64,000 bases of DNA from Bacteroidota bacterium. Lineage in GTDB: Bacteria > Bacteroidota > Ignavibacteria > UBA10030 > UBA6906. The notes below the pieces were generated by a model that was not told the origin of the DNA, searched no databases, and saw nothing but the letters and a program-made list of their open reading frames with translations. Numbering within the stretch: position 1 is the stretch's first letter; each line of letters begins with the position of its first letter. A program made the position numbers and the translations under genes. Shown here one piece after another: positions 42,555-52,414 of this stretch. The stretch covers positions 47,621 to 111,620 of the forward strand of contig JBFLYO010000007.1 in the NCBI GenBank assembly GCA_040756745.1. Reading direction: 5' to 3'.

Positions 42555-42672
42555 GTGATACGTGAGAAGTCAGTAGTCGGAAGTCAGAAATCAGAGAGAA
42601 ATCGTATTCCGCAATCCCTGCCCGCCTCAGAGAGTTCAGAGAGGCAGGCGGGCGCAATCCACATTCCGCGAT
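42555..42672 (-). repeat. hairpin repeat copy R2 (inverted relative to R1)
   Basis: 42605-42654 is the exact reverse complement of 22643-22692 (50/50, checked base by base). The flanks are heptad-periodic (gaagtca|gtagtcg|gaagtca|gaaatca). Confidence 0.85.
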
Positions 42673-42675
42673 GCT

Positions 42676-43014
42676 TCACATCATCCCGAGCTCCAGCTTC
42701 GCCGCCTCCGTCATCATCGACGGATTCCACGGCGGATCCCAGACGATGTTCACCTTGACGGCAGTGACGCCAGCAACGCTACGCGCCTTCGTCTCCACCT
42801 CGCGCGGCAGGGTTTGCGCCGCCGGACAGTATGGGGTCGTAAGCGTCATGGTAATCAACACGCCGCCGTCCAGCGCGACGCGGACGTCGTAGATCAGTCC
42901 GAGCTCGTAGATATTCACCGGAATCTCCGGGTCGTAACAGGTCCGCAGCATTTCGATGACCTGTCCTTCAATCAGTTTCTGCTCGATCGTGCTGATCTGC
43001 TTCGGTTCTTCCAT
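42676..43014 (-). CDS. sufT: SufT-like DUF59 (MIP18 family) Fe-S assembly protein
   Basis: Start moved to MEEPKQ. Contains ..CYDPEIPVNIYELGLIYDV.. and ..TPYCPAA.. Confidence 0.8.
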   Translation of the reverse strand: MEEPKQISTIEQKLIEGQVIEMLRTCYDPEIPVNIYELGLIYDVRVALDGGVLITMTLTTPYCPAAQTLPREVETKARSVAGVTAVKVNIVWDPPWNPSMMTEAAKLELGMM

Positions 43015-43019
43015 TCCAT

Positions 43020-43472
43020 TTACTCCGTTGACACGGCCGACGCATCTCCCTCGAGAGCCGCCCGGAGCGTGTGCCAGGCCAGACTTGCGCACTTGACGCG
43101 CGCAGGGTACTCGCTGACGCCAGCGAAGGCGGCAAGCTTGCCGAGCCGCTCGACCTGGCCGTTGCCCGTCGTCCCACCGGTCACGAGCGTGTGGAAATCA
43201 TGGAAGAGCGCCTCCGCCTCGGCGCGCGTCTTTCCCTTCACCATGGAGCTCATCACTGAGGCGGACGCTTTCGAGATCGCGCAACCGGCACCGGTGAAGC
43301 TGACATCCTGAATGAATTCCCCGATCAATTTCAGGAAGACGGTGTAGTGATCACCGCACAGTGGGTTATACCCTTCCACGTGCCGCGTCGCATCCTCCAT
43401 GGCATGAAAGTTCCGCGGGCTTTTGTTGTGGTCGAGTATCACTTGCTGGTAAAGTTCCCGGACGGACGACAT
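43020..43472 (-). CDS. sufU: SufU/IscU-type sulfur acceptor/scaffold
   Basis: ..YNPLCGD.., ..GAGCAIS.., ..RVKCASLAW.. are the three Cys motifs. Confidence 0.85.
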   Translation of the reverse strand: MSSVRELYQQVILDHNKSPRNFHAMEDATRHVEGYNPLCGDHYTVFLKLIGEFIQDVSFTGAGCAISKASASVMSSMVKGKTRAEAEALFHDFHTLVTGGTTGNGQVERLGKLAAFAGVSEYPARVKCASLAWHTLRAALEGDASAVSTE

Positions 43473-44737
43473 CAGCTGAGCACCTCACGCACCTTCTGAA
43501 GCGCGGACACCAGGACGTCGACCTCCTCGCGGGTATTATAGAAGGCGAACGACGCACGCGCCGTTGCCGGAACGCCGAACCGCTGCATGACCGGCTGTGC
43601 GCAGTGGTGCCCCGTGCGGATGGCGATCCCCTCGTCGTCGAGGATCGTCCCGATGTCGTGAGGATGAATCCCCTCCATGACAAACGAGAGCACGGCGGCC
43701 TTTTCCTTTGCAGTCCCGATGATGCGGAGTCCCGGCACCTGCAAGACCGCGTCGGTCGCGTAGCGCAGCAGATCGTGTTCGAACGCGGCGATACCGTCCA
43801 CGTCGAGTGTATTAATGTAATCGATGGCAGCGCCGAGGCCGATCGTCCCTTCGATGTTCGGCGTCCCTGCTTCGAACTTGTAGGGAAGGTCGTTGTAGAG
43901 GGTCTTCTCGAACGTCACAGACTTGATCATGTCCCCCCCACCCTGGTAGGGGGGCATCGCTTCGAGGAGGGCCTCCTTGCCATACAACACCCCGATCCCC
44001 GTCGGGCCGAAGACCTTGTGGGCCGAGAACGCGTAGAAATCGGCGTCGAGGTCGCGCACATCCACCCGCATGTGAGGGACTGCCTGCGCACCATCGATCA
44101 GCACGGGGATATTCTTCGCATGCGCCATGCTGATCAACCTCTTCACAGGGTTGACTGTGCCCAGAGCGTTCGAGACGTGGACGAGCGCCACGATTTTCGT
44201 CCGGGGTGTCAGCATGCGGGCATAATCATTCATCACGAGCTCACCTGCATCGTTGATCGGGATGACGCGCAATGCGGCTCCCCGCTCCTCACACAGGATC
44301 TGCCACGGCACGATATTGGAATGGTGCTCCATGGCCGAGATCAGGACCTCATCCCCCGGGCCGACGTGACGCCTGCCATAGCTGTGGGCGACGAGATTGA
44401 TCCCTTCCGTCGTCCCCCGCACGAAGATGATCTCCCGCTGTTCCCCGGCGTTCAGGAACCGCTGCACTTTCGTCCGCGCCCCCTCGTAGGCCTGTGTTGC
44501 CCGCTCGCTCAGGAAATGCACCCCGCGGTGAATGTTTGAGTTCTCCTCCTCGTAGTATCGCATGACCGCATCGATCACCACCTGGGGCTTCTGACTCGTA
44601 GCCGCGTTATCGAGATAGACGAGCGGTTTCCCGTTGACCCTCTGCCGGAGAAGCGGGAAATGGTGCCTGCACGCCTTCACGGCGTTGAACCTGTCCAGCA
44701 TCTCCTGCACGGCAAGCTGTTCAAGCGTTTGCATCAC
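43472..44737 (-). CDS. sufS: cysteine desulfurase SufS (class II)
   Basis: PLP Lys in ..[12 protein letters not shown].. and active-site Cys in ..RTGHHCAQP.. Confidence 0.9.
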   Translation of the reverse strand: MMQTLEQLAVQEMLDRFNAVKACRHHFPLLRQRVNGKPLVYLDNAATSQKPQVVIDAVMRYYEEENSNIHRGVHFLSERATQAYEGARTKVQRFLNAGEQREIIFVRGTTEGINLVAHSYGRRHVGPGDEVLISAMEHHSNIVPWQILCEERGAALRVIPINDAGELVMNDYARMLTPRTKIVALVHVSNALGTVNPVKRLISMAHAKNIPVLIDGAQAVPHMRVDVRDLDADFYAFSAHKVFGPTGIGVLYGKEALLEAMPPYQGGGDMIKSVTFEKTLYNDLPYKFEAGTPNIEGTIGLGAAIDYINTLDVDGIAAFEHDLLRYATDAVLQVPGLRIIGTAKEKAAVLSFVMEGIHPHDIGTILDDEGIAIRTGHHCAQPVMQRFGVPATARASFAFYNTREEVDVLVSALQKVREVLS

Positions 44738-46086
44738 CTGCCTCCTGCACCCCGCCCCTGGTGGAGGCGGTCATGTACCATGGCGGCCACCGGCGCATGG
44801 AGGGCATCGACGTGGACGCGCTGGATCACGTCGCTGGCAAAGGCGAACGTCAGCAGGTCGCGCGCCGCGGACTCGTCGATCCCTCGCGAGCGCAGGTAGA
44901 ACACCTGGTCCTCATCGAGCTGACCTACCGTCGCTCCGTGCGTGCACTTCACGTCGTCGGCAAAAATCTCCAGCTGCGGCTTGGTGTTCATGGTAGCGTC
45001 ATCCGACAACAGGAGCGTCTTGTTGGTCTGCTTCGCATCGGTCTTCTGCGCGTCCTTGCGCACGTAAATCTTCCCGTTGAACACGCCCCTGGACTTTCCA
45101 TCCAGGATCGTCTTGTACAGTTCGTGGCTGGCACACTCCGACGACGCATGGTCGATGGCAGTATGATTGTCGATGTGCTGTGTGCCGGTGGTCAGCGAGA
45201 GTCCGTTCAGGGTGCACTCGCCATGCCGCCCCTCGAGCACTGCCGTCACGGTGTTTCGCACAAGGGCGCCGCCGAGGGCGATGCTGTTCGAGGTCAGCGT
45301 GGCTCCCGCGCCAAGCCGGAAGTGCGTCGTGGCAGTGTGAAATGCCGTAGAGCTTTCGATCTGAATCTTGTCATGCTCGACCGTCGCCCCATCGCCAAGC
45401 CACGCCTCGGTCACAGCGTTCGTCCAGTATTCGTCCCCTCCGACCCCGGCGTACGTTTCGATGATCTCAAGCCGGGCATCCTTGCCCGCAACGATCAGGG
45501 TACGAGGGTTCCCCAGGGTCGGTTCGTTCCTCCCGGTGCCGATGAACAATAACTGCACCGGCTCGTCCAGAACAACCCCGTCCTCCAGCATGACGCACCC
45601 ACCGTCCTGCAGGAAGGCTGTGCCGAGCGCCGTAAAACCGTTTTCATCACACCTGACCTGCCTGCCGATATGGCGCTCCACCAGGGTCGGGTCTCCGGCA
45701 ACGAGCGACGCCAGACTTCCCGCCTTGACACCACGCGGAAGGTCAGTGATCACAGAGAGATCGCGGGAGAAATGTCCGTTGACGAACACCAGCCGGAGCG
45801 CCCCTTCCACTGCAAGTCCGGCAACCTCCTGTGGTCCAACTCCGTCGGTTCTGTACGTCAGGGCCGGGACGAACCGGATGCGTGCGATCGGCGCGACGTT
45901 CGTGAAGCGCCACTCTTCTTCCGAAGTGGTAGGGAAGCCGGCAGAGGAGAACCGCGCCAGTCCCTCCCGCCGGAGGGCGTGCAGGGCTGTCTTTGACGCG
46001 CCGTTCAGCGTCTTCTCAAATTGATCGAATCTCGCCGCGTACCACGCAACGGAGGGCGCTTGAGCACCGTTCATTTTTGGATCCAT
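44734..46086 (-). CDS. sufD: Fe-S cluster assembly protein SufD
   Basis: SufB/D beta-helix C-terminus (..[36 protein letters not shown]..). Start set just after the sufC stop. Confidence 0.85.
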   Translation of the reverse strand: MDPKMNGAQAPSVAWYAARFDQFEKTLNGASKTALHALRREGLARFSSAGFPTTSEEEWRFTNVAPIARIRFVPALTYRTDGVGPQEVAGLAVEGALRLVFVNGHFSRDLSVITDLPRGVKAGSLASLVAGDPTLVERHIGRQVRCDENGFTALGTAFLQDGGCVMLEDGVVLDEPVQLLFIGTGRNEPTLGNPRTLIVAGKDARLEIIETYAGVGGDEYWTNAVTEAWLGDGATVEHDKIQIESSTAFHTATTHFRLGAGATLTSNSIALGGALVRNTVTAVLEGRHGECTLNGLSLTTGTQHIDNHTAIDHASSECASHELYKTILDGKSRGVFNGKIYVRKDAQKTDAKQTNKTLLLSDDATMNTKPQLEIFADDVKCTHGATVGQLDEDQVFYLRSRGIDESAARDLLTFAFASDVIQRVHVDALHAPVAAMVHDRLHQGRGAGGR

Positions 46087-46087
46087 T

Positions 46088-46891
46088 TCAGGCACCTGCA
46101 GGAACCTGGCCGGCCTCCGATTTGATCCAGTCGTACCCTCGCTCTTCAAGCATGAGGGCGAGGTCCTTCCCTCCCGACCGGACGATCCTGCCGTCCATCA
46201 GGACATGGACAACGTCGGGGACGATATAGTTGAGAAGGCGCTGATAATGCGTGACCACGACCACCGCCCGTTCGGGGGAGTGCAGCTTGTTCACTCCTTC
46301 CGCGACGATCCGCAACGCGTCGATGTCGAGGCCGGAATCCGTTTCGTCGAGAATCGCCAGCGTCGGCTCGAGCACCGCCATCTGGAAGATCTCGTTCCGC
46401 TTCTTCTCGCCGCCTGAGAACCCTTCATTCACCGGTCTGGTCAGCAGGTCCTCGTCCATATCGATTAGTTTCATCTTCTGTCTGACGAGCGCGAGGAAAT
46501 CCATGGCGTCCAGCTCTTCCTGGCCGCGATGTTTCCGGATCGCGTTGAGCGCCGCTTTCAGAAAATAGGTGTTGGTGACGCCGGGAATCTCCACGGGGTA
46601 CTGAAACGCCATAAAGACTCCCTCTCGCGCCCGTTCCTCGGGATCCATTTCAAGCAGATTATGTCCCAAGTAGTGCACCGCTCCCCCTGTCACCTCGTAC
46701 GTCTCCCGCCCCGCCAGGACGCCCGCAAGCGTGCTTTTCCCCGACCCGTTCGGGCCCATGATGGCATGGACTTCCCCCGCCCGAACCGTCAGGCTGATCC
46801 CCGAGAGGATTTCGTTCCCCTTGATCCCCGCGTGAAGGTCTTGTACCTCAAGCAGAAGCGGTCGTTCTCCGTTTGTTCCCTTTGCACCCAT
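46088..46891 (-). CDS. sufC: Fe-S cluster assembly ATPase SufC
   Basis: GPNGSGKSTL, ..FSGGEKKRNEI.., ..AILDETDSGLD.. Confidence 0.92.
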   Translation of the reverse strand: MGAKGTNGERPLLLEVQDLHAGIKGNEILSGISLTVRAGEVHAIMGPNGSGKSTLAGVLAGRETYEVTGGAVHYLGHNLLEMDPEERAREGVFMAFQYPVEIPGVTNTYFLKAALNAIRKHRGQEELDAMDFLALVRQKMKLIDMDEDLLTRPVNEGFSGGEKKRNEIFQMAVLEPTLAILDETDSGLDIDALRIVAEGVNKLHSPERAVVVVTHYQRLLNYIVPDVVHVLMDGRIVRSGGKDLALMLEERGYDWIKSEAGQVPAGA

Positions 46892-46941
46892 CGTTGTCCG
46901 TTGTCTGAGTGGTGACTATCGCTGATAGAGGGCCCGACGCA

Positions 46942-48387
46942 TCACCCCACGCTCCCTTCGAGGCTAACGCCCAGCAGTTTCTGTGCCTCGACCGCAAACT
47001 CCATCGGAAGCTCGCGGAACACCTCCTTGCAGAATCCGTTTACGATCATGTTGACCGCGTCTTCCGTGGAAAGCCCCCGCTGTTTGCAGTAAAAGATCTG
47101 ATCCTCCCCGATTTTCGATGTGGAGGCCTCATGTTCCACCCTTGCGCTGTCGTTGCGGACCTCGATGTACGGGAAGGTGTGCGCCCCGCACTTGTCGCCG
47201 AGGAGGAGCGAGTCGCACTGGGAGAAATTCCTCGCATTGAGCGCGCTCTTCTTGACTTCCACGAGCCCGCGGTAGGAGTTCTGTCCGAACCCCGCGGAGA
47301 TCCCCTTGGAGACGACGGTGCTCCGGGTGTTCTTCCCGATGTGGATCATCTTCGTCCCCGTGTCGGCCTGCTGATGGTTGTTGGTGACAGCGACCGAGTA
47401 AAATTCTCCTATTGCATTGTCCCCGATCAGCAGACAGCTGGGATACTTCCACGTGATCGCCGATCCCGTTTCGACCTGTGTCCACGAAATGCGGGAGTTC
47501 ACGCCGGCACACTTTCCCCGCTTCGTGACGAAATTGTAAATGCCTCCCTTTCCGTCCTTGTCGCCGGGGTACCAGTTCTGCACCGTCGAGTACTTGATCT
47601 GCGCGTTGTCCAGGGCAACGAGTTCCACCACCGCCGCATGGAGCTGGTTCTCGTCGCGCATCGGCGCCGTGCACCCCTCCAGGTAACTCACGTAGCTTCC
47701 CACATCCGCCACGATCAACGTCCGCTCGAACTGCCCCGTCTCGGCCGCGTTGATGCGGAAATACGTCGAGAGCTCCATCGGGCACCGCACGCCCGGAGGG
47801 ATGTAACAGAAGGAGCCGTCACTGAAGACTGCGGAGTTGAGTGCCGCGAAGAAGTTATCTCCTGAGGGAACCACGGAACCGAGATATTTCTTTACCAGGT
47901 CCGGATGTTCGCGGACCGCTTCGGAGAAGGAGCAGAACACGATGCCGAGCTCGCTCAGTTTCTCCTTGAACGTCGTCGCTACCGACACGCTGTCGAACAC
48001 GGCGTCCACCGCCACCCCCGTCAGGCGCTCCTGCTCCGCCAGCGAGATCCCCAGCTTCTGGTAGGTCCTGAGGAGTTCGGGGTCGACCTCATCGAGGCTC
48101 TCCGGCTTCGCGCGCTGCTTCGGCGCCGCGTAGTAGATGATCTCCTGGTAGTCGATCGGCGGATGGTGGATATTAGGCCACGCGGGCTCCTTCATCGTGA
48201 GCCAGTGCCGGTACGCCTTCAACCGCCAGTCCAGGAGCCACGCGGGCTCATTCTTCTTCGCGGAGATAAACCGGATTATCTCCTCGCTCAACCCGCGCGG
48301 AGCCGTTTCCGCCTCGATGTCGGTGACGAACCCGTACTTATATTCGCGGTTCGCCAGTTCCTCGATCGTGTGCTGTTCCGTGCTCAT
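46942..48387 (-). CDS. sufB: Fe-S cluster assembly scaffold SufB
   Basis: Start moved to [20 protein letters not shown]. Contains ..[23 protein letters not shown].. and ..CDSLLLGD.. Confidence 0.92.
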   Translation of the reverse strand: MSTEQHTIEELANREYKYGFVTDIEAETAPRGLSEEIIRFISAKKNEPAWLLDWRLKAYRHWLTMKEPAWPNIHHPPIDYQEIIYYAAPKQRAKPESLDEVDPELLRTYQKLGISLAEQERLTGVAVDAVFDSVSVATTFKEKLSELGIVFCSFSEAVREHPDLVKKYLGSVVPSGDNFFAALNSAVFSDGSFCYIPPGVRCPMELSTYFRINAAETGQFERTLIVADVGSYVSYLEGCTAPMRDENQLHAAVVELVALDNAQIKYSTVQNWYPGDKDGKGGIYNFVTKRGKCAGVNSRISWTQVETGSAITWKYPSCLLIGDNAIGEFYSVAVTNNHQQADTGTKMIHIGKNTRSTVVSKGISAGFGQNSYRGLVEVKKSALNARNFSQCDSLLLGDKCGAHTFPYIEVRNDSARVEHEASTSKIGEDQIFYCKQRGLSTEDAVNMIVNGFCKEVFRELPMEFAVEAQKLLGVSLEGSVG

Positions 48388-48791
48388 GATGGTGTTTGTT
48401 CTCCCGTCGGTGACGGCGGAGCCGCGGGAACCGCGGCCGGAGGCGTTTTCGGGGCCGCCGCTGCCGGTTTCGGCGCAGCCGGAGGAGCCGGCCGTGCAGC
48501 AGGCGCCGCCGGCTTGACCGGTGGTTTCCTGTACTGGGGATAGTTCACAACCCACGTTTGTCTATCGATCGGGAGAAACGTCCCCTCCTTTTCCAACTTC
48601 GCCGTAAACTCACGCGCGATCCGCTCAGCGTCAGTATAGCCGACACGCATTCCTTTGCGCTCAAGATAGGTCAGGATCCCGTACTGGATGTCGCGGAAGA
48701 AGATGTTGGACTGGTGGTAGATCGGGAACCGTGTCCTCAAAAATGCGAGGACCTCGGCATGATGTTCAAGAATGTATGCTTGCTCTTTCAT
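48384..48791 (-). CDS. hypothetical protein with Pro/Ala-rich tail, translationally coupled to sufB
   Basis: A globular ~85 aa ([38 protein letters not shown]..) is followed by [44 protein letters not shown] overlap with the sufB start. Confidence 0.6.
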   Translation of the reverse strand: MKEQAYILEHHAEVLAFLRTRFPIYHQSNIFFRDIQYGILTYLERKGMRVGYTDAERIAREFTAKLEKEGTFLPIDRQTWVVNYPQYRKPPVKPAAPAARPAPPAAPKPAAAAPKTPPAAVPAAPPSPTGEQTPS

Positions 48792-48811
48792 TGTCCGGTA
48801 TGGTATGTGTA

Positions 48812-49987
48812 TTACAGAGCGGGGACATCAAGCCGCCTCCTGTTCATCAGCGCGCGCGCCGTCTCGGTGACCCGGTCGATCGCATAGTCGATCTCCCCGG
48901 CATTGGTAAACCGGCTGAGGCCGAACCGGAGCGAGGAGAGGGCATCTTCCCTGCTCAGTCCGATCGCCCGAAGCACGTGCGACGGTTCGGGCGACGCTGT
49001 GCTGCAGGCCGAGCCCGACGACACGGCGATGTCCTTCATGGCCATCATCATCGCATCTGCCTGAATCCCCGGGAATGTGATGTTCGCGTTATGCGGCAGA
49101 CGCTCGACGGGGTGTCCGTTCACCCTGATGCCCGGGACACCCGCCAGCAGGCCGGCAACGAGCCGGTCGCGAAGCGCACGTACCCGGGCTGAGTCTTTGT
49201 CCATCTCTTTCCGCACGATTTCCGCCGCCATGCCGAATCCTGCAATAGCGGGTACGTTCAACGTCCCCGACCGCAACCCCCGTTCGTGCCCTCCCCCGTC
49301 GATCAGCGGAACAAGCCGCACCCGAGGCCGGGCTCCGCGCAGATACAATGCGCCGGCCCCTTTCGGCCCGTGCATCTTGTGCGCGCTGAACGACATCATG
49401 TCAACGTTCCAGGCTGAAACATCGACGGGGATCTTCCCGACTGCCTGCGTCGCATCCGTGTGAAAGAGAACGCCCCGCTCCCGGCACACGGCGCCAATCT
49501 CCATTACCGGGTGAAGGGTGCCGATCTCGTTGTTCGCCGCCATCAGGCAGACGAGAATCGTCTCCGGCGTGATGGATGCGGCCACCGCGTCCGGTTCGAC
49601 CCTCCCGGTGCCGTCCACGCTAAGCGTGGCCACAGTGAAACCATACCGCGTCAGGCGTGCCGCTGTATCCAGCACCGCACGGTGTTCGGTCGCCGCGATG
49701 ACGATGTGGTTCCCTCGCCCCTGCCCGCTTTCTGCAATTCCTTTCATGGCGAGGTTGATCGATTCGGTTGCACCGCTGGTGAAGACAACCTCTTCGGGGC
49801 GTGCCCCGATCAACGCTGCAACACGCTTGCGCGCGAGCTCGACGGCGGCTTCCGCCTCCCAGCCGAAGACATGCTGCCTGCTGGCGGCGTTCCCGTATCC
49901 CTCCGTCATCAGCGGGAGCATCACATCCACAACCCGCGGATCGACTCGCGTCGTTGCGTGATTGTCGAGGTACACGGGGGTGGTCAT
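48812..49987 (-). CDS. iscS: cysteine desulfurase, IscS/NifS type (class I)
   Basis: ..SAHKMHGPKGAG.. PLP Lys and the ..SSGSACST.. active-site loop. Confidence 0.88.
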   Translation of the reverse strand: MTTPVYLDNHATTRVDPRVVDVMLPLMTEGYGNAASRQHVFGWEAEAAVELARKRVAALIGARPEEVVFTSGATESINLAMKGIAESGQGRGNHIVIAATEHRAVLDTAARLTRYGFTVATLSVDGTGRVEPDAVAASITPETILVCLMAANNEIGTLHPVMEIGAVCRERGVLFHTDATQAVGKIPVDVSAWNVDMMSFSAHKMHGPKGAGALYLRGARPRVRLVPLIDGGGHERGLRSGTLNVPAIAGFGMAAEIVRKEMDKDSARVRALRDRLVAGLLAGVPGIRVNGHPVERLPHNANITFPGIQADAMMMAMKDIAVSSGSACSTASPEPSHVLRAIGLSREDALSSLRFGLSRFTNAGEIDYAIDRVTETARALMNRRRLDVPAL

Positions 49988-49991
49988 GGCA

Positions 49992-50396
49992 TCACACGAT
50001 CTCCGACAGCGTCATTGTGTTGAACGCCCGTTCGATGTTGGCCTGCACTCGGGTCAACGGTGTCTTGATCGTGCAGACGGTAAACACATCGCAGCTCTCC
50101 GGTCCTTCCACCATGCACTGTGCGATCATCGGCTGCGTCCCTTCGATGGCATGGATGATCATCGACACGGGGATCTCCCCCGGTCTCATCGCAAGCTCAT
50201 ACCCTCCGTGGACCCCCTGGTGTGAGTTGATCAGCCCGGACTTCGTCAGCTTCTGCAGCACCTTCGCCAGAAGCTCGTACGGAATCCTGTAGGTGTCCGC
50301 GATCTCCTTTGCTGTCACGATCTCGCCGAAGGGCTTCGTGGCAATATGCCTGATCGCAATCAGCCCGTATTCCACTTTCTTCGATAAGCGTACCAT
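49992..50396 (-). CDS. Rrf2-family transcriptional regulator (IscR/SufR-like, three Cys)
   Basis: MVRLSKKVEYGLIAIRHIA.. wHTH, and Cys cluster CMVEGPESCDVFTVC. Confidence 0.85.
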   Translation of the reverse strand: MVRLSKKVEYGLIAIRHIATKPFGEIVTAKEIADTYRIPYELLAKVLQKLTKSGLINSHQGVHGGYELAMRPGEIPVSMIIHAIEGTQPMIAQCMVEGPESCDVFTVCTIKTPLTRVQANIERAFNTMTLSEIV

Positions 50397-50424
50397 GGGG
50401 GCTGTCCGATCTTCCGTGAATGAA

Positions 50425-50449
50425 ATATCCGACTGAACAAGTCCGGTTT
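50425..50449. promoter_or_regulatory. IscR type-1-like operator
   Basis: ATATCCGACTGAACAAGTCCGGTTT versus the consensus ATASYYGACTRWWWYAGTCRRSTAT. The GACT-N5-AGTC core is exact. It lies 30-55 nt upstream of the Rrf2 gene start. Confidence 0.45.
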
Positions 50450-50648
50450 CAGGTCAAAAAAATGAGGAGCTCCTTCGCTCCACAGATCCGAACGTCTCTC
50501 CAAGCCTCAAAGTTCCGAATCCACTAAAATATAGCCAAAACTCCCCTGTATGTCAACTCCCGCTGGTTCTGTGCTCCATCAGACAAGTGGGCTGCATTGA
50601 TTCACCTGCGACATTTCAGTATGTTCGTTGACCAGCACCCAATCTGCC

Positions 50649-51587
50649 ATGGTAGCGATCGAGGCATCCTCCCTTTCAAAGACCTATAGCAACGGCATAT
50701 CCCGCAAAAGGAGGGTCGAGGCTCTTTCCGGGTTCTCTCTCTGCGTGGAGAGCGGACAGATCTTCAGCCTTCTCGGCCCGAACGGGGCCGGCAAAACGAC
50801 ATTCATCAAGATCCTTCTCTCGCTGACCCGGCCGACATCGGGCTCCGCCTCCATTCTCAACGTCCCGCTGCCGGACGACGCCGTTAAGGGGCGTGTCGGC
50901 TATCTGCCAGAAAACCACCGCTACCCCGGCTATTTCACCGGCCCACAGGTCCTCAGGTTCTTCGGGGGCCTCAGCGGGGTGCAGCGCCCGCGGCTTGAGG
51001 AGCGTCTCTCCCCCCTTCTGGAACTCGTCGGGATGGCCCAGTGGCGGGACATGAAGGTGAAGAAGTATTCCAAGGGAATGCTGCAGCGTCTCGGTCTCGC
51101 GCAGGCGCTCATCAATGATCCGGAGGTTCTTTTCCTTGACGAACCGACCGACGGCGTTGACCCTGTCGGACGGAAGGAGATCAGGGAGATCCTCAGAGAC
51201 CTCAAGCGGCAGGGGAAAACCATATTTCTCAACTCACATCTCCTCTCCGAAGTGGAACTCATCTCGGACCGTGTGGCAATCCTTGACAAGGGAAAACTGC
51301 TGAGGGTCGGAACGGTGGACGAACTGACGGGGGCGGGCGGATCACGCTACCTCATCGGCATCAGCGGCCATCTCCCCGAAGAGGCGCAGACTGAGGCGCA
51401 GGCGACGGTGATTCGACTGGAAACGGCTGGCGAAACCGTGACCGCCGAGTGCTCGACACCGACCGAGCTGAACCGTGTCATCGATCTTTTGCGCCGGCAT
51501 GGGGTTGAGATCACGTCGATCGCCCGTCAGCGGAGTACCCTTGAAGACTCGTTCCTATCGCTGATCAAGCGGGAAGTTGCCCAGTGA
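50649..51587 (+). CDS. ABC transporter ATP-binding protein
   Basis: ATG at 50649 (MVAIEASSLSKTY) is preferred to the track TTG. Contains GPNGAGKTTFI, YSKGMLQRL and LFLDEPTDG. Confidence 0.88.
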   Translation: MVAIEASSLSKTYSNGISRKRRVEALSGFSLCVESGQIFSLLGPNGAGKTTFIKILLSLTRPTSGSASILNVPLPDDAVKGRVGYLPENHRYPGYFTGPQVLRFFGGLSGVQRPRLEERLSPLLELVGMAQWRDMKVKKYSKGMLQRLGLAQALINDPEVLFLDEPTDGVDPVGRKEIREILRDLKRQGKTIFLNSHLLSEVELISDRVAILDKGKLLRVGTVDELTGAGGSRYLIGISGHLPEEAQTEAQATVIRLETAGETVTAECSTPTELNRVIDLLRRHGVEITSIARQRSTLEDSFLSLIKREVAQ

Positions 51588-52414
51588 AGATATTCCTACT
51601 TATTCTCGGGACGTCGCGCGAACTCGCTGCCAAGGCAACGCTCTATGTGCTGGCGGGGATATCGACGCTGGTATTGCTGTTCGCCGGACTCGCCCTTTCC
51701 AGCGCCACGTCTGACGAGGGGACCACCCTGCTCCTGTTCGGGAATCCTGTCTCCCCCCCGGCAACCGCCGGGGCGTTTGGGGACCTCGTGGCAAAGATGG
51801 AGACAGGTTTTGCCGCGGGGCTGTTTGCAGGGGTCGTGCTGTTCGGGATGTTCGGAACGGCCGGCGTCATTCCCGATGCCCTGGATCGCGGGACGGTCGA
51901 CCTCTACCTTTCCAAGCCGATATCGCGGTGGGAACTGCTCGCGGGGAAGTACCTGGGAAGCGTGACCGCAGTTTTCGCGAACATCCTGTATTTCATCGGG
52001 GGACTCTGGCTTATCATCGGGCTCAAAGTCGGCGCATGGAACCCGGCATTGCTGGCCACTGCGTTCCTTATGACGTTTGCCTTTGCATGTCTGTATGCGA
52101 TCGTCGTCCTGTTCGGTGTTCTCACGCGCAACATGGCCATCGCGATCATCGCAGGCTTCCTCTACATTTTCCTGGTCGGTGAGGCGCTCCAGAATCGCGA
52201 GTTCGGCCTCTACCGCATCAGCACAAACGAAGTGTACCGCGCGATCGTGGATGGGTCCTATTACCTCTTCCCCCAGATCTCTGCTATGCAGTCGAACGCC
52301 ATGAAGTTCCTTTCGGGCGTTGATATGGACTGGAGACCATTTGCGCAGTCGTTCCTCTCCTCCGGGGCCATCCTTGGTCTGGCCGCATGGACTCTGAGAC
52401 AAAAGGACTTCTGA
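51584..52414 (+). CDS. ABC-2-type transporter permease
   Basis: 6 TM segments and ..LYLSKPISRWELLAGKYLG.. typical of ABC-2 permeases. 4-nt overlap with the ATPase gene. Confidence 0.75.
   Translation: MKIFLLILGTSRELAAKATLYVLAGISTLVLLFAGLALSSATSDEGTTLLLFGNPVSPPATAGAFGDLVAKMETGFAAGLFAGVVLFGMFGTAGVIPDALDRGTVDLYLSKPISRWELLAGKYLGSVTAVFANILYFIGGLWLIIGLKVGAWNPALLATAFLMTFAFACLYAIVVLFGVLTRNMAIAIIAGFLYIFLVGEALQNREFGLYRISTNEVYRAIVDGSYYLFPQISAMQSNAMKFLSGVDMDWRPFAQSFLSSGAILGLAAWTLRQKDF

Noticed and set aside
43361-44539. 392-aa plus-strand ORF
   Set aside because: It is antisense to sufS/sufU. The same reasoning applies to 44761-45552, 46909-47865, 47905-48543, 37339-38415, 11327-12316, 62550-63452 and other long frames opposite recognised genes.
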